A DNA stretch of 62,149 bases, from sequence record SRR31156797_6875; one strand, 5' to 3'. Positions 58,596 to 62,149 of this stretch are shown here, in pieces (position 1 is the stretch's first letter; the number at the start of each line of letters is the position of its first letter). The position numbers and the translations under genes are program-made. The notes beneath the pieces were generated by a model. That model was given only the letters and a program-made list of their open reading frames with translations, ran no database searches and was not told the origin of the DNA.

Positions 58596-58738
58596 AAAGT
58601 TCACAAGTAACACGGATGTTGCTCACGGAGCGAACCAGAGGCGGCTGTGCCGTCCGAAGGTTTCAGCAGAGTGTAAGCGAAGCCTGTACTTGTTCAGGCG
58701 TAGCGTTAATAAAAAAATACATGGAAGTATTTTTTTAT
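58596..58738 (+). repeat. Four-hairpin structured element with GGA loops, copy 1
   Basis: Same ordered hairpin skeleton as 60693-60846, with different stem sequences. Confidence 0.6.
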
Positions 58739-58742
58739 ATAC

Positions 58743-60161
58743 TTAATTCAAGTTGAACATGACAGTTTTAAGTTCAGTCATCTCTTCAACTGCAAATTTC
58801 GGACCCTCACGACCAGTACCGGAGAGCTTCAGCCCGCCGTACGGCATCTGGTCAACTCTGAATGTAGGCATATCATTAACCATAACACCGCCAACCTCAA
58901 GCTCGTCAATAGCCTTGTAAGCGTTCTGGATGTTATTAGTGAATATACCCGCCTGAAGACCAAACTGTGAGTCGTTAACCCTTGCGATAACTTCGTCGAG
59001 AGTTTTGTATTTCATTATACATACGAGAGGCGCAAAAGCTTCCTCACGGATGATTGTCATTTTTTCTGTAGTATCTTCGAGCACTGTCGGCTCAAGCATT
59101 GTCCCGTTTCTGTTACCACCAACGGCAACAGTTGCGCCATCAGCCACAGCTTCTTTGATCCAGCTTTCGGCACGTGTCGCTTCCTTCTCGTCTATCATAG
59201 GACCTACGAGTGTTTTTTCGCTCTCAGGGTCGCCGAATGCACTAGCTTTTACAGCATCTACGAACATGTCACGGAATTCGTCGTATCTGTCTTCGTGGAT
59301 ATAAATTCTCTGGATAGAGATACATACCTGACCTGAGTTTGCAAAGCCGCCTACAACACACTTAGGCACAGCGTAGTTAATGTCTGCATCGTCGTGTATT
59401 ATAGCTGCGGAGTTTGAGCCTAGCTCAAGTGTAACCTTTTTGATGCCCGCTTTAGATTTGATGCCGAGACCAACGCCAGGTGAGCCTGTGAATGTCACCA
59501 TGTTGATAAGGTCAGACTCCACCATGCAGTTACCTACTGTTGAGCCGGGACCAACCACAAGGTTTATGCCCTCTTTCGGAAGTCCGGCTTCAAGCAGAAG
59601 CTCAACAAGCTTTACGGATGTGAGCGGTGTGCTTGATGCAGGTTTGAGTACAATAGAGTTACCAGCCGCTATCGCAGGGCCTACCTTGTGAGCGACAAGG
59701 TTAAGCGGGAAGTTAAAAGGTGTGATAGCACCCACAACCCCGATAGGGTAGCGCTTAAAATATCCGAATCTATTAGCACCAGATGCTGATGCATCGTAAG
59801 GGACAAGTTCTCCGCCTAGCCTGCGTGCCTCGTCCGCTGCAAATTTAAAGTTTTCTGCCGTTCTGCCCGCCTCACCACGTGAGAAAGCTAGACCTTTACC
59901 CGCTTCAGCTGTGATTATCTGAGCGATCTCTTCCTGATCTCTCTTTATAAGAGCTGAGACATTATCGAGTATCTCGCTTCTTTCAGATGCGGTTAGTTTT
60001 TTCATAACGTTTTTAGCTTTATAAGCCGCTTCGATAGCTTTTTCAGTGTCTGCGATACTCGCCTCACAAATGGTGTCTACCACAGAGCCGTCGAAAGGTC
60101 TGGTCACGTCAATAACCTTTCCAGTATCAGTCCACTTGCCGTCGATGAACAATTTCTTCAT
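58743..60161 (-). CDS. NAD(P)-dependent aldehyde dehydrogenase
   Basis: ITPFNFPLNL, FTGS, TLELGSN, GQVCIS, EEAFAP and PYGGLKLSG motifs. Confidence 0.95.
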   Translation of the reverse strand: MKKLFIDGKWTDTGKVIDVTRPFDGSVVDTICEASIADTEKAIEAAYKAKNVMKKLTASERSEILDNVSALIKRDQEEIAQIITAEAGKGLAFSRGEAGRTAENFKFAADEARRLGGELVPYDASASGANRFGYFKRYPIGVVGAITPFNFPLNLVAHKVGPAIAAGNSIVLKPASSTPLTSVKLVELLLEAGLPKEGINLVVGPGSTVGNCMVESDLINMVTFTGSPGVGLGIKSKAGIKKVTLELGSNSAAIIHDDADINYAVPKCVVGGFANSGQVCISIQRIYIHEDRYDEFRDMFVDAVKASAFGDPESEKTLVGPMIDEKEATRAESWIKEAVADGATVAVGGNRNGTMLEPTVLEDTTEKMTIIREEAFAPLVCIMKYKTLDEVIARVNDSQFGLQAGIFTNNIQNAYKAIDELEVGGVMVNDMPTFRVDQMPYGGLKLSGTGREGPKFAVEEMTELKTVMFNLN

Positions 60162-60251
60162 GCCACCCTCCTGAGTATGAACTTATGTTTGATACAGATT
60201 ATCAGAAAAAGCCTTTAACAGCAAGTTTAGACGAGGTTTATATGATAATTA

Positions 60252-60297
60252 TTGACAGTGTTTAGATGGATATATATGATGGCTGAACAACTGTACA
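60252..60297 (+). promoter_or_regulatory. Sigma70 promoter plus ArsR/SmtB-type operator
   Basis: TTGACA (60252)-17 bp-TATGAT (60275), then imperfect palindrome TGAACA-AC-TGTACA (60284-60297). Confidence 0.7.
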
Positions 60298-60311
60298 TGT
60301 GAGGATATATT

Positions 60312-60662
60312 ATGACTGATGATATTTTCCAAATTTCTGAACCGCACGAGGATCTGCTCTCTGAGCTTAGAGGGAAGATGCTCGCAGATGATTCATTAAA
60401 AGATTTAGCTGACACCTTCAAGCTGCTTTCAGATTTTACAAGGGTGAAGATATTATATGTCCTTTCGCTCTCTGAGCTTTGTGTTCAGGATATATCTGAG
60501 CTTACGGGTGTTTCTCAGTCCGCTGTTTCACACCAGCTCCGCATATTGCGTAACTCACGTCTGGTTAGCTGGAAAAAAGCTGGAAAGCAGGTTTTCTACA
60601 GTCTCGATAGTGACGCAGTTCGCGCCCTCATAGAAAAAGGTATGGAGCATTCAGACAGGTAA
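60312..60662 (+). CDS. ArsR/SmtB-family transcriptional repressor
   Basis: LADTFKLLSD.TRVKIL, ELCV.DI, SQSAVSHQLRILR and GKQVFYSL motifs. Confidence 0.93.
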   Translation: MTDDIFQISEPHEDLLSELRGKMLADDSLKDLADTFKLLSDFTRVKILYVLSLSELCVQDISELTGVSQSAVSHQLRILRNSRLVSWKKAGKQVFYSLDSDAVRALIEKGMEHSDR

Positions 60663-60692
60663 TGAACCTTGCTGTAGTTAGCTTGTCATATA

Positions 60693-60846
60693 AAAGTTCG
60701 TGTGTTATCAAATCAAGACATAGGATGTGTCTCGTGGAGTGAGCCGAAGTAAAGTTTATTTTGCTGAGGGTTAAACAAAGCGGGAGTGAAGCCGGACTTG
60801 TTCGGCGTAACGAGTGAGAAAATTCTCTAGGAGTGAGAATTTTCTA
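60693..60846 (+). repeat. Four-hairpin structured element with GGA loops, copy 2
   Basis: Matches 58596-58738 in motif order: AAAGTTC, CAAG..GGATG..CTC, GCC..ACTTGTT..GGCGTA, terminal hairpin with GGA loop. Confidence 0.6.
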
Positions 60847-60856
60847 AGGAGAAATA

Positions 60857-61993
60857 ATGCAATTTTGTAATCTTAAACAACAGTATCAGGAACTTAAACC
60901 TGAAATAGATAACGCTATCGCACAGGTGCTTGAGCACGGAATGTATGTCGGTGGTCCTGAAGTTAGTGAGCTTGAAAAAAGATGTACAGAGTACACTGGT
61001 GCAGAGTACGCGAAGGCTTGCAGCTCTGGAACTGATGCTCTTGTTCTCGCTCTTATGGCTTACGATGTTGGTCCTGGTGATTATGTGATCACAACACCTT
61101 TTACATTTATAGCGACTGCTGAGTGTATCGCACTTGTTAACGCTAAGCCGGTATTTGTTGATATCGATCCTGATACATATAATATATGCCCGAAGAAACT
61201 GAAAGAGCTGCTCGACAGCACGGATATACCAAAAGATAAGCTGAAAGGTGTTATCGCTGTTGACCTTTACGGTCAGTGTGCGGACTATGATGCTATACGT
61301 GAGGCTATGAAGGGGCACGAGCTATTCCTTATCCAGGATGCGGCTCAGTCTTTCGGTGCTCAGTACAAAGGTAAGCAGGCTGGTTCACAGGGTGATATAG
61401 GTACAACATCGTTCTTCCCTGCAAAGCCTTTCGGCTGTTACGGTGACGGCGGGATGGTCTTTACCAGCGACAAAGATATCGATCTTAAGCTTAACTGGTT
61501 GAGAAATCACGGTCAGAACGAAAGATATAACCATAAGATAATAGGTATGAACGGAAGACTAGACACAATGCAGTGTGGTGTACTCAACGCTAAATTTGAC
61601 AGATTTAGATACGTTGAAGTTATAAATAGAAATAAAGCAGCAGATAAATATATGGAACTTCTTAAGCCTCTAGTTGATGCGGGCAAGATTGTTTTACCAT
61701 ATGTAATGCCTGATTCAGTGCACGTTTGGGCTCAGTTTACTCTCCAGGCTGACCACAGGGATGAGCTTATGCTGTACCTTCAGGAGAACAATATCCCATG
61801 TGCTATCCACTACCCTAAGCCTCTTCATATGCAGGAAGCTTTCAGCGACCTAGGTTATAAAGATGGAGACTTCCCTATATGCGAAGATATGGGCAAAAAA
61901 GTGATTAGCCTACCTATGTGTGCATATAAGACTGATGATGAGATAGAAGAAGTGTGCGATGTTATTAGCAGTTTCTACAGGAAGATGGGCTAA
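60857..61993 (+). CDS. DegT/DnrJ/EryC1/StrS sugar aminotransferase (WbpE-like)
   Basis: SSGTDAL, PFTFIAT, DAAQSFGA, SFFPAKPFGCYGDGG and GMNGRLD motifs. Confidence 0.93.
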   Translation: MQFCNLKQQYQELKPEIDNAIAQVLEHGMYVGGPEVSELEKRCTEYTGAEYAKACSSGTDALVLALMAYDVGPGDYVITTPFTFIATAECIALVNAKPVFVDIDPDTYNICPKKLKELLDSTDIPKDKLKGVIAVDLYGQCADYDAIREAMKGHELFLIQDAAQSFGAQYKGKQAGSQGDIGTTSFFPAKPFGCYGDGGMVFTSDKDIDLKLNWLRNHGQNERYNHKIIGMNGRLDTMQCGVLNAKFDRFRYVEVINRNKAADKYMELLKPLVDAGKIVLPYVMPDSVHVWAQFTLQADHRDELMLYLQENNIPCAIHYPKPLHMQEAFSDLGYKDGDFPICEDMGKKVISLPMCAYKTDDEIEEVCDVISSFYRKMG

Positions 61994-62048
61994 TATCAAG
62001 GGTTCGGATAATACATTAAAAAGTTTAAAAAAAAATGTAACAAAAAGC

Positions 62049-62077
62049 TTGACATCTTTCTTGTTAGGTTATAATAT
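62049..62077 (+). promoter_or_regulatory. Sigma70 promoter of tRNA gene
   Basis: TTGACA at 62049 with overlapping TATAAT/TAATAT -10 candidates and an A-rich upstream tract. Confidence 0.7.
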
Positions 62078-62104
62078 TTGCCTCCCTTGAAAGAGGGAAC
62101 ATAA

Positions 62105-62149
62105 GCTGATGTAGCTCAACTGGTAGAGCAACTGACTTGTAATCAGTAG
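62105..62149 (+). tRNA. tRNA-Thr(UGU), truncated by window end
   Basis: GCTGATGTAGCTCAACTGGTAGAGCAACTGACTTGTAATCAGTAG: D-arm and anticodon arm with TGT. Confidence 0.93.

Overview
A 62-kb bacterial chromosomal segment of mostly housekeeping and envelope genes. The gene set (System I* Ccm, LpxJ/LpxL/WaaA, TrpB2, QueH, MSHA-like pilus, multiheme cytochrome, sigma54 promoters) suggests an anaerobic Gram-negative, probably Deferribacterota-like; this is inference. In order: fliP-fliQ and a secreted caspase-like protease; a DHH/engB/PLD/cytochrome c/flavin-reductase operon; queH, trpB2, a DJ-1 protein and a methyltransferase; four tandem uncharacterised paralogs with sigma54-type promoters; glyQ; argDFG; lipid A/Kdo genes; hslVU; a major porin; ccmEFABC(D) and ccdA; pilus ATPase/platform genes; mscS; proS; an M23 peptidase; a TPR lipoprotein and a 1340-aa multidomain protein; a PrsK/PrsR-like pair; an MSHA-like secretin operon; a hemW/tetraheme cytochrome/hemerythrin/MFS operon; an aldehyde dehydrogenase; an ArsR regulator; a DegT aminotransferase; and the start of tRNA-Thr(UGU). 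I see no transposase, prophage or CRISPR array. The best hidden signal is an unannotated 48-codon membrane mini-protein (56231-56377, minus) with an in-frame UGA followed by a SECIS-like hairpin, whose readthrough stop overlaps the hemW start: a candidate novel selenoprotein in a heme/redox operon. Also notable are the caspase with a possible FliL-like tail placed directly after fliQ, the four-paralog array, a repeated covarying multi-hairpin element with GGA loops, and GTCAT-type REP-like repeats.
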